A program made the position numbers and the translations under genes. 45,009 nt of DNA from Alphaproteobacteria bacterium (GTDB lineage Bacteria; Pseudomonadota; Alphaproteobacteria; Rs-D84). Under the pieces are notes generated by a model. It ran no database searches and was not told the origin of the DNA. It worked only from the letters and a program-made list of their open reading frames with translations. The DNA lies in assembly GCA_016301865.1 (NCBI GenBank), contig JAEDOP010000001.1:1-45009 (forward strand), written 5' to 3'. Numbering within the stretch: position 1 is the first letter of the stretch; each line of letters begins with the position of its first letter. This document shows positions 31,261-40,279 of this stretch, one piece after another.

Positions 31261-32379
31261 ATGTCACTTGTAGCAACCCGCGTGCAAAATTGGCGTGTCG
31301 AAAATCCGGAATTTGACCGTAATATGGCCCGCCCGTTGGAATACGGCGCATTGGATTTCTTCATTGAGCAAACCAACGCCGCAAATTCCATCATCAACCC
31401 CAACTTGCGCGACCGTGCCTTTGAATCCATAGGCAACACCGTGCAAATCCCCGTTATCAATTACGATGGCGACGTGACCGTTTCCAACGCCCGTTCTTGC
31501 GTCATTGCAGACGACGAAAACACGTCCGCGTTGTACACCGTGAATTGGGTAACGTTGGCCGTCGGTTTCACAATGGTTCCCCAACTGTACAGGAACAACG
31601 AAATTTCCTACGAACACGATTTTGCCCGCAAGATGGAAAAGGTTTGCCGCGCCCTTGCAACCGCAATGGATGTACAGGCAATAGCCGCCCTTGAAGCGAA
31701 CAAAACCCAAGTATTCAAGGATAAGTTGTATTACACCGTCACGTCCAATTCCGTGCAGATTCCTTGGAACGCCCGAATGGAATTTTTGTCGGATATGAAC
31801 GCGATGATGAGGGCAAACGCTTATCCGGAGATGTTGCACGTCATCGGCGGCGCGGGCTTCGATTCCCTCGTCCGCAAGATGGCCGAACACGACATTTACA
31901 ACGATGTCAACAAACGCTTGGAATACGACAACAAAGTGTTCCACTACACCAACAACATTGTGAACGAGTCCGGCATCTTTGCAACCGGTTACATCGTGGC
32001 CGATGGCAACGTGGGTGTCCTTACCCGCGTGGACCGCGAAGCGTTGAACCGCACCGTAGCCAATTCCCACGAATGGGATGTTGTGCGCTTGCCTTTTATT
32101 GACTTGCCTGTGGGTTCCCACTATTACACCGCCGTTGGCGACCAATCCGCAATTGCCGGTGCGGCATCCGCCGATATGGTGTGCAACGTCAAAGAATATT
32201 TCGGGTTCTCTGTTGACGTAGCCTTTTTGGTTGCGTACAATTCCGACCCGACAACCGTTGCCAACCCGATTATCAAGGTTGAGTTGGCCGCACCGGGTAA
32301 CGCAAATCCGTTCGCCACACCTGTTGAGGTCGTGAACAGTACTACCAATCCGGTAAACACGAAAGAGGTCACGGCCTAA
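31261..32379 (+). CDS. Major capsid protein candidate
   Basis: 372 aa, follows the scaffold-like gene and is followed by the strongest terminator in the window. Confidence 0.55.
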   Translation: MSLVATRVQNWRVENPEFDRNMARPLEYGALDFFIEQTNAANSIINPNLRDRAFESIGNTVQIPVINYDGDVTVSNARSCVIADDENTSALYTVNWVTLAVGFTMVPQLYRNNEISYEHDFARKMEKVCRALATAMDVQAIAALEANKTQVFKDKLYYTVTSNSVQIPWNARMEFLSDMNAMMRANAYPEMLHVIGGAGFDSLVRKMAEHDIYNDVNKRLEYDNKVFHYTNNIVNESGIFATGYIVADGNVGVLTRVDREALNRTVANSHEWDVVRLPFIDLPVGSHYYTAVGDQSAIAGAASADMVCNVKEYFGFSVDVAFLVAYNSDPTTVANPIIKVELAAPGNANPFATPVEVVNSTTNPVNTKEVTA

Positions 32380-32406
32380 TCTCGGCACATCCAAAACATT
32401 ATTTCG

Positions 32407-32440
32407 CGGGGACGGGTAACAAAACCCCGTCCCCGTTTTT
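32407..32440 (+). terminator. Intrinsic terminator after the capsid gene
   Basis: 10-bp GC stem CGGGGACGGG / CCCGTCCCCG, followed by TTTTT. Confidence 0.8.
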
Positions 32441-32461
32441 CATTTCAAAAAGGTTTCGACA

Positions 32462-33820
32462 ATGATACGATTGCAAGACATACAAACCGCGTTGTTGCCC
32501 GTCGTTGGTTGGCAACAGGATTACAACCCGGAAAAGCAAATTGACAACGAATTGTGCCAATCGGAAAGCGGTTTGACGTTCCAAGGGGCGCACCCGCTTT
32601 GCACGTTGGCGAACGTCCGGGCGATTATGCCGGACGATTATTTGTACAGTTATCCCGCGTGGAATCAAATAATGACGTACAAACGCGGGTTTAAGGTACG
32701 CCAAGACGGGAATGTTTGGATTGCCAATTATGACAATACCGGAATCGTACCCGCCGCAACCGATTTTAACCAAGACTTTAACAACGCCTTTGGTTCGGAA
32801 TTGGCGGGCGCGTGGGTAAAATATGATATGGTTTCGGACTTTGTGCGGAACTTGACCATTAACGGAATCAATACGGCCGTCCAAAATTTCATCCAAGAAA
32901 AGCAATTGCAACAGGAAACCCGCAATCTTTTGGAACGTCGTACATTCTTCGACGGGGCCGCCCGGTTGGCCGCGACAATAGACCCGACCGGAAAGATTGT
33001 TGGTTTCGAAATCGTGCCGGTCCGGGCGATGGGCGTTACTACGAAAATTGAACGAATTGGGTTGCAAATGGTTGGCGGAACCGGAACGGTCCGTTTGTAC
33101 CTGTTCCATTCGTCGCAAGTTGCCCCAATGCGCGTAATTGATTTGGCGTTTACCAACACCAACGGCGGGTTCCAATGGTTTACCCCGGCCGAACCCATTT
33201 ATTTGCCATACATCCCTGGAACGGATGGAAACGGCAACGATTCCGGCGGTGCGTGGTTCCTCTGTTACAATCAAAACGAATTGCCCGCCGGGATGCGGGC
33301 GTTGAACGTATCAAAGGATTGGTCGGTTGAGCCGTGCCAAACGTGCCTTGGCGGTTCGATTGAATCTTGGCGGCAAATGACCAAGTATTTACAGGTTTCC
33401 CCGTTCGGGATTCACGCACCGTTGGATTTCCACGATTACCCGGAAATGTTCGATGTTGGCCAAATCGGTTATACGAATACGATGAATTACGGAATGAACG
33501 TCGAAATATCCGTTGGTTGCGATTTAACCGATTTCATCATTTCCCAACGCGGGATTTTCGCAACGGTAATCCAAAAACAGGTCGCGGCAAACGTATTGCG
33601 TACAATCGCGATGAACCCGGACGTTCGGGTTAACCGTAACCAAGTAAACGTCACGCGTGACGAACTGTTGTATGAACTTGACGGCGCACCCACGGGCCGG
33701 GCGTCCGGGCTTGGGTATGAACTGAAACAGGCATACCGGGCGTTGTCGCTTGATACCCGGGGATTGGACCGCGTGTGTTTGCAATGCAACAACCACGGCG
33801 TGAAATATCGCACGGTATAA
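32462..33820 (+). CDS. Virion structural protein, function unassigned (452 aa)
   Basis: Long ATG ORF in the head/neck region. Confidence 0.55.
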   Translation: MIRLQDIQTALLPVVGWQQDYNPEKQIDNELCQSESGLTFQGAHPLCTLANVRAIMPDDYLYSYPAWNQIMTYKRGFKVRQDGNVWIANYDNTGIVPAATDFNQDFNNAFGSELAGAWVKYDMVSDFVRNLTINGINTAVQNFIQEKQLQQETRNLLERRTFFDGAARLAATIDPTGKIVGFEIVPVRAMGVTTKIERIGLQMVGGTGTVRLYLFHSSQVAPMRVIDLAFTNTNGGFQWFTPAEPIYLPYIPGTDGNGNDSGGAWFLCYNQNELPAGMRALNVSKDWSVEPCQTCLGGSIESWRQMTKYLQVSPFGIHAPLDFHDYPEMFDVGQIGYTNTMNYGMNVEISVGCDLTDFIISQRGIFATVIQKQVAANVLRTIAMNPDVRVNRNQVNVTRDELLYELDGAPTGRASGLGYELKQAYRALSLDTRGLDRVCLQCNNHGVKYRTV

Positions 33821-33901
33821 GTTAATTTTGCAAGAAATGGCGTATAACGGGCGTTTGGCCGAAAGATGATAAATTACCTGTCTTTTTGACGAAACGCCCG
33901 G

Positions 33902-33920
33902 AAATCGCCCGAAAATAGCC
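33902..33920 (-). promoter_or_regulatory. GGCY-ATTTTCGGGCGATTT box, copy 3 (inverted)
   Basis: The + strand reads AAATCGCCCGAAAATagcc, the reverse complement of ggctATTTTCGGGCGATTT. It lies 12 nt upstream of the ATG at 33932. Confidence 0.5.
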
Positions 33921-33931
33921 AAAACGGGGAT

Positions 33932-34444
33932 ATGGGAATATTAAACGACTTGCGGAAACGTGTTGCGGACGTGAACGACGGTTTGCAGACCGGCGAATTG
34001 GTCCGCAACGTCGTTGTTAAACATCCCGACGACATCTTGGAATTGCAAAAACAACAGTTGTTCGCCGGTTTAGCGTCCAACGGTCAAGACATCCGCCCGT
34101 ATTATTCGGAAGATTTGAAACCGTCTGGATATTTTTACACCGTCGAATCGGCCGGGCGTTATGCAGCGTGGAAAAAAGACAGTATCAATTACCCATACAC
34201 TGCCAACAGGAACCCGGATGCGCCAAACCTGTACATCAATGGCCGGTTTCACGATGAATTGGGCGTACAGTTTGCCGGGGATTCCGTGGGAATCGTCGGA
34301 ACAACCGGATATGCAAAAGGAATCATCGCCAAATATGGCATTACCACGTTCGGTTTGATGATGGCAAATTGGATGGTTATATTTACCGAACGCGGCGCAT
34401 ACGATGAATTGATGAACGAATTAAAAACACGTCTTTATGTCTAA
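33932..34444 (+). CDS. Hypothetical structural protein (170 aa)
   Basis: ATG ORF in the neck/tail region. Confidence 0.55.
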   Translation: MGILNDLRKRVADVNDGLQTGELVRNVVVKHPDDILELQKQQLFAGLASNGQDIRPYYSEDLKPSGYFYTVESAGRYAAWKKDSINYPYTANRNPDAPNLYINGRFHDELGVQFAGDSVGIVGTTGYAKGIIAKYGITTFGLMMANWMVIFTERGAYDELMNELKTRLYV

Positions 34445-35030
34445 CACAAACGCACCCATCATCAAAAACCCGGTTATGTTGGACCGGGTAATTGGGGAAA
34501 TACAAATCGGATTGGTTGAAAATTTGCCGTGGTTGGACGCGGCATTTGGCCGTTCGCAACGTCTTACAAAGATGATGAACGGCAAAAAGATAATTACGCC
34601 GAATGTCTATTGCGGCGGCTGGAACGGCCACGGCGAAAACGATTACATCGAAACGTCCCCGGATTCCAAGATTGGTAATTTCGCGTTCTTTGAAATTGAG
34701 GACCCGCAAACCATTGACGCGGGGCCGTGGGCGCGTGAAATCAAAGCCCCGTTCGGCCTTATCGTTTGGTTCGATTTAACCCGGGTGTATAATGAGCCGG
34801 ACAACCGGAATACCGAATACATCAAAGCCCAAATCTTGAGCGTCTTGAATGGCCGGGCCGGTTGGCATTTAACCGGAGGTCGTATTGTCGTGAATAAGAT
34901 TTACGAACGCGCCGAAAACATATACCGGGGTTATACGCTTTCGGAAATTGACAATCAATTTTTGATGCATCCGTTCTACGCATTCCGGTTTGACGGGCTT
35001 TTGGAATTTGATGAATTATGTTTGGAATAA
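34437..35030 (+). CDS. Hypothetical structural protein (197 aa; tail tube or neck candidate)
   Basis: ATG ORF overlapping the upstream stop. Assigned by position only. Confidence 0.5.
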   Translation: MSNTNAPIIKNPVMLDRVIGEIQIGLVENLPWLDAAFGRSQRLTKMMNGKKIITPNVYCGGWNGHGENDYIETSPDSKIGNFAFFEIEDPQTIDAGPWAREIKAPFGLIVWFDLTRVYNEPDNRNTEYIKAQILSVLNGRAGWHLTGGRIVVNKIYERAENIYRGYTLSEIDNQFLMHPFYAFRFDGLLEFDELCLE

Positions 35031-35287
35031 TCGAATATGTTTGTTGGGTTGCGGTCGTTGCTTTGGCGGCCGCGTTCCTGTTGGGGCTTGTCGTTAAATG
35101 GGGCGTGTTGGAATGGTTGCAAATCCACGCGCCCAACGACTTTTTCGGACAACTGTTCAATTGTAAATTCTGTTGTTCGTGGTGGGTTTCCGTCGTTTTT
35201 TCGTTAACTTTGTGCGTGGCAACGGGCCAATGGTGGTTGTTGGCCGTGCCGATTTGTTCAACAATAATCGCCCGGGAACTTTGGTAA
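35018..35287 (+). CDS. Small polytopic membrane protein (89 aa)
   Basis: Hydrophobic segments VCWVAVVALAAAFLLGLVV, WWVSVVFSLTLCVA and WWLLAVPICSTII, plus the motif FNCKFCCSWW. Confidence 0.5.
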   Translation: MFGIIEYVCWVAVVALAAAFLLGLVVKWGVLEWLQIHAPNDFFGQLFNCKFCCSWWVSVVFSLTLCVATGQWWLLAVPICSTIIARELW

Positions 35288-35802
35288 TGGAAGAAAAATT
35301 TGAAACAATTAATGGGTTTGGCGCAAAATATATTGTGTCTAACTTTGGCCGTGTGTTTGGCAATAACGGAAAGGAATTAAAGCCGGGAACGAATAATTGC
35401 GGTTATAAATATGTTATCTTGTGCAATAAGGGAACGCGCAAAAAAATGTATGTACACCGATTGGTTGCCGATGCTTTTGTTGAGAACAAAAACGGGTATA
35501 ATGAAATCAACCATATTGACGAAAATAAAGCTAACAATATTTGGTTGAATCTTTGTTGGTGTTCGCACGTTCAAAATTCCCGATTTGCAACACGAGGTTT
35601 CCGAATTGCAAAAGCATTGAGAAACGGCAAGGCGTCAAAATCTGTTTTGCAATTCGATAAATTGGGTAATCTTGTAAAACAATGGCCGTCCGTTAGTGAA
35701 ATCGAACATGTTTTGGGTTTTTGTCATTCAAGTATTGCGGCTTGTTGCCGTGGGGAAAATGCTATGGCATATAATTTCAAATGGGAATATGCAAACGGTT
35801 AA
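35287..35802 (+). CDS. HNH homing endonuclease with NUMOD4-like N-terminus (copy 2)
   Basis: FETINGFGAKYIVSNFGRVF, VHRLVADAF, EINHIDENKANNIWLNLCWCS and a C-terminal AYNFKWEY. It is a paralogue of 16915..17484 and is AT-rich. ATG at 35287 is chosen within track ORF 35173..35802. Confidence 0.7.
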   Translation: MEEKFETINGFGAKYIVSNFGRVFGNNGKELKPGTNNCGYKYVILCNKGTRKKMYVHRLVADAFVENKNGYNEINHIDENKANNIWLNLCWCSHVQNSRFATRGFRIAKALRNGKASKSVLQFDKLGNLVKQWPSVSEIEHVLGFCHSSIAACCRGENAMAYNFKWEYANG

Positions 35803-36574
35803 AATAGGAAAACATACGGTGGAAATGTACGACACAATCGAAGAATTGCCGATTGTGCGTTTCCATAAATACCAAAAGTTGTTGTTGATTGATGCGGGGA
35901 TTGGTGCGGACATCAACGCATTCGACCAACGCATTGAGAAAACGCGCCGATTCCTTATGGACGGCAAGACAGACAATGCGCAAAAGGAATTGGAAAATTT
36001 GCGCCAATCCGTTTTCCTTATTCAATCCGGCATCAACCCGAAACACCGGGCGTTTGCGGCATTGGTCGCCAAGATGGACGGCGTGGAATGCGGCGACGTG
36101 TCCGATGATGGATTGGCCAAGTTGACCGAAAAGTTGAACGATGCGCCGGAGGGCGAATTGACCGCCCAATTGGATGCGGTCAAAAAAAAAATTGACGCGG
36201 AATTAAGGTTGTATTTTCCCGGCATATTTGCCGATTCGGAAATAAAAGAATATTACGACCTTTTGAAGAAACGGACGATGGCGGTTTTGGCGAACATTAT
36301 TGCGGGCGTAAACAGCCCGGATGCAACGCCGGAAATCGAAAAGTTGACCACGGCGTTAATAACGTATTCCGACCCGAAATCGTTTGCCGGTTCGGAAGGC
36401 GTGGAAATTCAGTTTGACCGGCAATTTGAAAACCTTTGTTTGGTTTTGTCCGAACAATTGCACGTCAAACCCAAGGATTATACCGTTTTGGAATTTTACA
36501 ACGCGTTCGATTTTGTCAAGGAAAGGGCGAAACAGGCCGAAAAGGCCCAAAAACGGGCCAAATCTGGGCGTTAA
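35789..36574 (+). CDS. Tail assembly chaperone candidate (261 aa)
   Basis: Lies immediately upstream of the tape measure gene. ATG at 35789 is chosen within track ORF 35696..36574. Confidence 0.4.
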   Translation: MQTVKIGKHTVEMYDTIEELPIVRFHKYQKLLLIDAGIGADINAFDQRIEKTRRFLMDGKTDNAQKELENLRQSVFLIQSGINPKHRAFAALVAKMDGVECGDVSDDGLAKLTEKLNDAPEGELTAQLDAVKKKIDAELRLYFPGIFADSEIKEYYDLLKKRTMAVLANIIAGVNSPDATPEIEKLTTALITYSDPKSFAGSEGVEIQFDRQFENLCLVLSEQLHVKPKDYTVLEFYNAFDFVKERAKQAEKAQKRAKSGR

Positions 36575-36646
36575 GGCGAAAAGACATACAATTTACCATC
36601 AAATGAAAGAAACGCCGTTATACGGCATTTTTAACGAAAATAAGTT

Positions 36647-39600
36647 ATGGACAACCCGAACCCGATTTATTACCGCGATTTAATTAAGCCGGATAATTCA
36701 ATTACCAATTTGATTACCCAATTGGATGAATTGATACAAAAGTACGAATCCGCTAAAAGCAAGATTCAAGGCGCGGCGGCGGAAGCGGCAAAGAGTATGA
36801 GCAATTTATCCGGGGCAACGGAAGAACAACGGCAACAAATTTCAATGTTAACGGCGGAATCCGACAAATTGGCCGCCGCATACAAGAAAAGCAACGACGC
36901 CGAAAGTGAAACGTACCGCCGCCGTCAACAGGTTATCGCGGCCGTCAAGGAACAACAACGGATTGACAAATTAGTTGTTGAATTGAACCATTCCAAAGCG
37001 GGTTCTTATAACAGGTTGTCGGCCCAATACCGTTTGAACAAAATTCGTCTTAACGAGATGTCGGCGGAAGAACGGAAAGGAACGGAAGCCGGGCGGCAAT
37101 TGGAAACTGAAACGCGGTTGATTTATGAGGAAATGAGCCGGTTACAACAAGCGACCGGCAAATATACGTTGGAAGTTGGCCATTATCAAAACGCATTAAA
37201 GGCGTTGCCGGGACCCATCAACCAAGTTGTTACGGGCTTTTCCAATATGCGTTCCCAATTGCACACCATCGGAACGTCAAATTTGCCGTTGGCCGCAAAG
37301 GCGATGCAAGGTTTTTCAACGGTTATGTTTGGAACAATCGGTATCATCCTTTCGTTTGTTCGTTACTTAACCGGAGCGGCGCAAACGATGCGTGAATTTG
37401 AGCAGGCCAACGCCAATTTGGCTACGATTTTGGGAACGTCCCGGGATGGGATGAAAGCGTTAACCGATTCGGCGTTGTCATTGGGCCGAATAACTGAATA
37501 CACGGCCCGGCAAGTTACCGAATTGCAAACCGAATTGGCAAAACTTGGTTTCGGCCAAGGTTCAATTATAGCGATGCAAAAACCCGTATTGGAATTTGCA
37601 ACGGCCGTTGGGGCGAATCTTGCCGACGCGGCGGCCGTGGCCGGTTCTACCTTGCGGGCGTTCAATCTTCGAAGCGCGGAAACGGAAGAAACATTGGCAA
37701 CGTTGGCCGTCGCAACAAACAAGTCGGCATTGTCATTCGACCGAATCCAAACATCCATCGGTACGGTTTTTCCTGTTGCAAATGCGTTCGGTTTGACGGT
37801 TAAAGATACGACCGCGTTGTTGGGCGCATTGGCAAACGCCGGGTTCGATGCGTCAAGCGCGGCAACGGCAGCCCGTAACATCATTTTGTATTTGGCTGAC
37901 GCGAACGGAAAGTTGGCAAAGGCGATGGGCGGACCGGCAAAGACGTTCGACGAAATCATTGATGGAATGATTGAGTTACGCAAGGCCGGAACGGATTTGA
38001 ACGAAGCGTTGGAATTGACCGACAAACGAAGCGTTGCAGCCTTTTCGGCCCTGTTGTCTGGTGCGGAATCCGCCCGGGAATTGCGGCAATCATTGGAAGA
38101 TGTTAACGGCGAATTGGAACGCATTTCGGAAGAACGTTTGAATACGGTTGAGGGTTCGACAAAGTTATTGCAATCAGCGTGGGAGGGTTTAACGTTGGCG
38201 TTCCAAAATTCCAATGGCGCAATCAAAGATACGATTGATTGGTTAACCCGTTTGGTACAGGCGACGCAACGAGCATTGTTCCCGCAATCCACGTTCATTT
38301 CGGAATCGGCCGATAAATACACGAAACAATTTCAAGAATTTTACGCCAAAAATGGCGCGGAAGCGGCAACGGCATTTATTGACAACTTTATGGCCGATTA
38401 CGAAAAGTTGGCAGAAAAGACGGGCCGCGAAGCCAAATACGGCGACGGCCTGTTGAATCGTTGGTTGGGCTTTGGCGACAAACAGGTTGCCGCAAAGGCG
38501 GCTGCCGGTTCATTGGAAGCGATACGGCAAGCCCGTGGCGTTGTCCTTTCCCAAATCGAAAACGATACCCGGGAAAGCGAACAACAGGCATTGAGGGCGG
38601 CCGAATTGGCCGAACAACAGGCGAACCAAAAACGGGAAAAATTAAGCAAAGAACAGAAAAAGGCGATTGAAGCGGCAAAGAAACAACGTATTGCCGACCG
38701 CCGGGCCGTTATCGAATCAATTGATTTGGAAATTGCCATAACGGAAGCCGGTACGGATAAGATGTTGCAATTGCGCCAAGATAGAATCGAAGCGCAACGG
38801 CAATTGGAATTGGAACAGAACAGGCAAAAGGCCGCGTCCGAACGCCAAGACGAAGCCGCCATTAACGCCAAATATAACAAACAACGGTTGGATGCCGTCA
38901 AGGCGTTTAAAACGGAAATTGCTAAATTGAACGTTCAACGGTTACAGGCGGAACAACAGGCAATCCAATTGGAAATTGCGATAACGGAAGATGGGACCGA
39001 CCGGATGTTGGAATTGCGGTTGGCCAACATCGAAAAGCAACGCGAAATCGAAATTGCGCAAAACCGACAAAAGGATGAAAAGGTACGCCAAGCGGAAACG
39101 GCCATTAATGCCAAATACGACGCGTTGAGTTTGAGGGAATCCGCCGATTTCAACAATAAGTTGGCGCAACGGGATTTGGCGGCCGCCCAAGATTTGGCCC
39201 AAGCGGAATTTGATTTGTTGAACCGAAACGAACACCAAAAAACGTTGTTCCGGTTGCAACAGGAAAAGGCCCGGTTGGAAGCCGTTTTGAAATTGAACGA
39301 AACGGCCACAAATAAAATGACGGCCGACGAAATCAAGGCCATAAAAACGACCATTTCCGGGATTGAAAAGGAATCGAAGAAATTGGGTTATAACAATCTT
39401 TACGAATTGTTGGGTCTCGGGTTGAATTCCGACCAACAAAACGCATTGAACACGGCGATTGATTCCATTAAAGATTCCGTCGGTTCATTGGTTGATTCTT
39501 GGAACCAAGCGGCGGAAGCGGCCGTTAATGCGGCGAACGCCCAAGTTGACGCCGCGCAACGAGCGTTGGACGCAGAAATTGAAGCCCGGAACGCCGGTTA

Positions 39601-40279
39601 TGCCAATAAGGTCGAAACCGCGCAAAAGGACTTGGAATTGGCCAAGAATAACCAAGAAAAGGCGTTAAAGGAACAACAGAAAGCCCAAAAGGCACAATTG
39701 GCCGTCGATTCGATTACGCAAGCGTCAAGTTTAATAACCGCATCGGCAAATATTTGGAAATCGTTGTCCGCTATTCCTATTGTTGGTCCGGGATTGGCCG
39801 CCGCCGCGTTGGTTACAATGTGGGCTTCGTTTGCGGCTGCCAAGATTAAGGCCGTACAGGTATCGAAGCAACAAACAGAACAATACGGCGACGGTACGGT
39901 TGAGTTGTTACAGGGCGGAAGCCACGCAAGCGGCCACGACATTGATTTGGGAACGAAGAAAGACGGAACCCAGCGACGTGCAGAGGGCGGCGAATTTTTC
40001 GCCGTCATTAACAAGCGTAATTCGCGCCGATTCCGTGATGTTATCCCGGACGTTATCAATTCGTTTAACGATGGCACATTTGCGGACCGTTACCAACGCG
40101 CAAACGCCGCAATGGCCGGTTATGCCGTCGGATTAGTTGGCGGCGGTACCACGGACGTTTCCGGGCTTGAAAAGGACGTTGCCGCAATCCGTCAACAGGG
40201 CGACGAAACCCGTTATGTTGATGGGCAAGGAAACACGATTATTCGGTACAAGAATTTAACCCGTAAAATCAAATCGTAA
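36647..40279 (+). CDS. Tail tape measure protein
   Basis: 1210 aa and helical. The core region FEQANANLATILGTSRDGMKALTDSALSLGRITEYTARQVTELQTELAKLGF... is typical of tape measure proteins. It contains an internal 81-aa tandem duplication. Confidence 0.85.
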   Translation: MDNPNPIYYRDLIKPDNSITNLITQLDELIQKYESAKSKIQGAAAEAAKSMSNLSGATEEQRQQISMLTAESDKLAAAYKKSNDAESETYRRRQQVIAAVKEQQRIDKLVVELNHSKAGSYNRLSAQYRLNKIRLNEMSAEERKGTEAGRQLETETRLIYEEMSRLQQATGKYTLEVGHYQNALKALPGPINQVVTGFSNMRSQLHTIGTSNLPLAAKAMQGFSTVMFGTIGIILSFVRYLTGAAQTMREFEQANANLATILGTSRDGMKALTDSALSLGRITEYTARQVTELQTELAKLGFGQGSIIAMQKPVLEFATAVGANLADAAAVAGSTLRAFNLRSAETEETLATLAVATNKSALSFDRIQTSIGTVFPVANAFGLTVKDTTALLGALANAGFDASSAATAARNIILYLADANGKLAKAMGGPAKTFDEIIDGMIELRKAGTDLNEALELTDKRSVAAFSALLSGAESARELRQSLEDVNGELERISEERLNTVEGSTKLLQSAWEGLTLAFQNSNGAIKDTIDWLTRLVQATQRALFPQSTFISESADKYTKQFQEFYAKNGAEAATAFIDNFMADYEKLAEKTGREAKYGDGLLNRWLGFGDKQVAAKAAAGSLEAIRQARGVVLSQIENDTRESEQQALRAAELAEQQANQKREKLSKEQKKAIEAAKKQRIADRRAVIESIDLEIAITEAGTDKMLQLRQDRIEAQRQLELEQNRQKAASERQDEAAINAKYNKQRLDAVKAFKTEIAKLNVQRLQAEQQAIQLEIAITEDGTDRMLELRLANIEKQREIEIAQNRQKDEKVRQAETAINAKYDALSLRESADFNNKLAQRDLAAAQDLAQAEFDLLNRNEHQKTLFRLQQEKARLEAVLKLNETATNKMTADEIKAIKTTISGIEKESKKLGYNNLYELLGLGLNSDQQNALNTAIDSIKDSVGSLVDSWNQAAEAAVNAANAQVDAAQRALDAEIEARNAGYANKVETAQKDLELAKNNQEKALKEQQKAQKAQLAVDSITQASSLITASANIWKSLSAIPIVGPGLAAAALVTMWASFAAAKIKAVQVSKQQTEQYGDGTVELLQGGSHASGHDIDLGTKKDGTQRRAEGGEFFAVINKRNSRRFRDVIPDVINSFNDGTFADRYQRANAAMAGYAVGLVGGGTTDVSGLEKDVAAIRQQGDETRYVDGQGNTIIRYKNLTRKIKS
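38720..39205 (+). repeat. 243-nt (81-aa) tandem duplication inside the tape measure gene
   Basis: I(D/Q)LEIAITE(A/D)GTD(K/R)ML(Q/E)LR...NRQK...AINAKY starts at 38720 and again at 38963. Confidence 0.7.

Noticed and set aside
31264-32394. Very long antisense ORFs: 31264..32394 (376 aa), 15566..16417, 37363..38322, 32399..33274, 30433..31170, 5670..6281 and 19513..20076, all on the minus strand.
   Set aside because: Each mirrors a well-supported + strand gene (capsid, ATPase, tape measure and so on). Their products are low-complexity, and no promoter or terminator context exists on the minus strand. Such shadow ORFs are typical of genes with biased codon usage.
36384-36683. A possible programmed frameshift joining the chaperone-like ORF (35789..36574) to ORF 36384..36683, as in G/GT tail chaperones.
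   Set aside because: The second frame is +1 (not -1) relative to the first. It extends only about 36 codons past the stop and overlaps the tape measure start. I did not find a convincing slippery heptamer, and CCCAAAAAC alone is weak.
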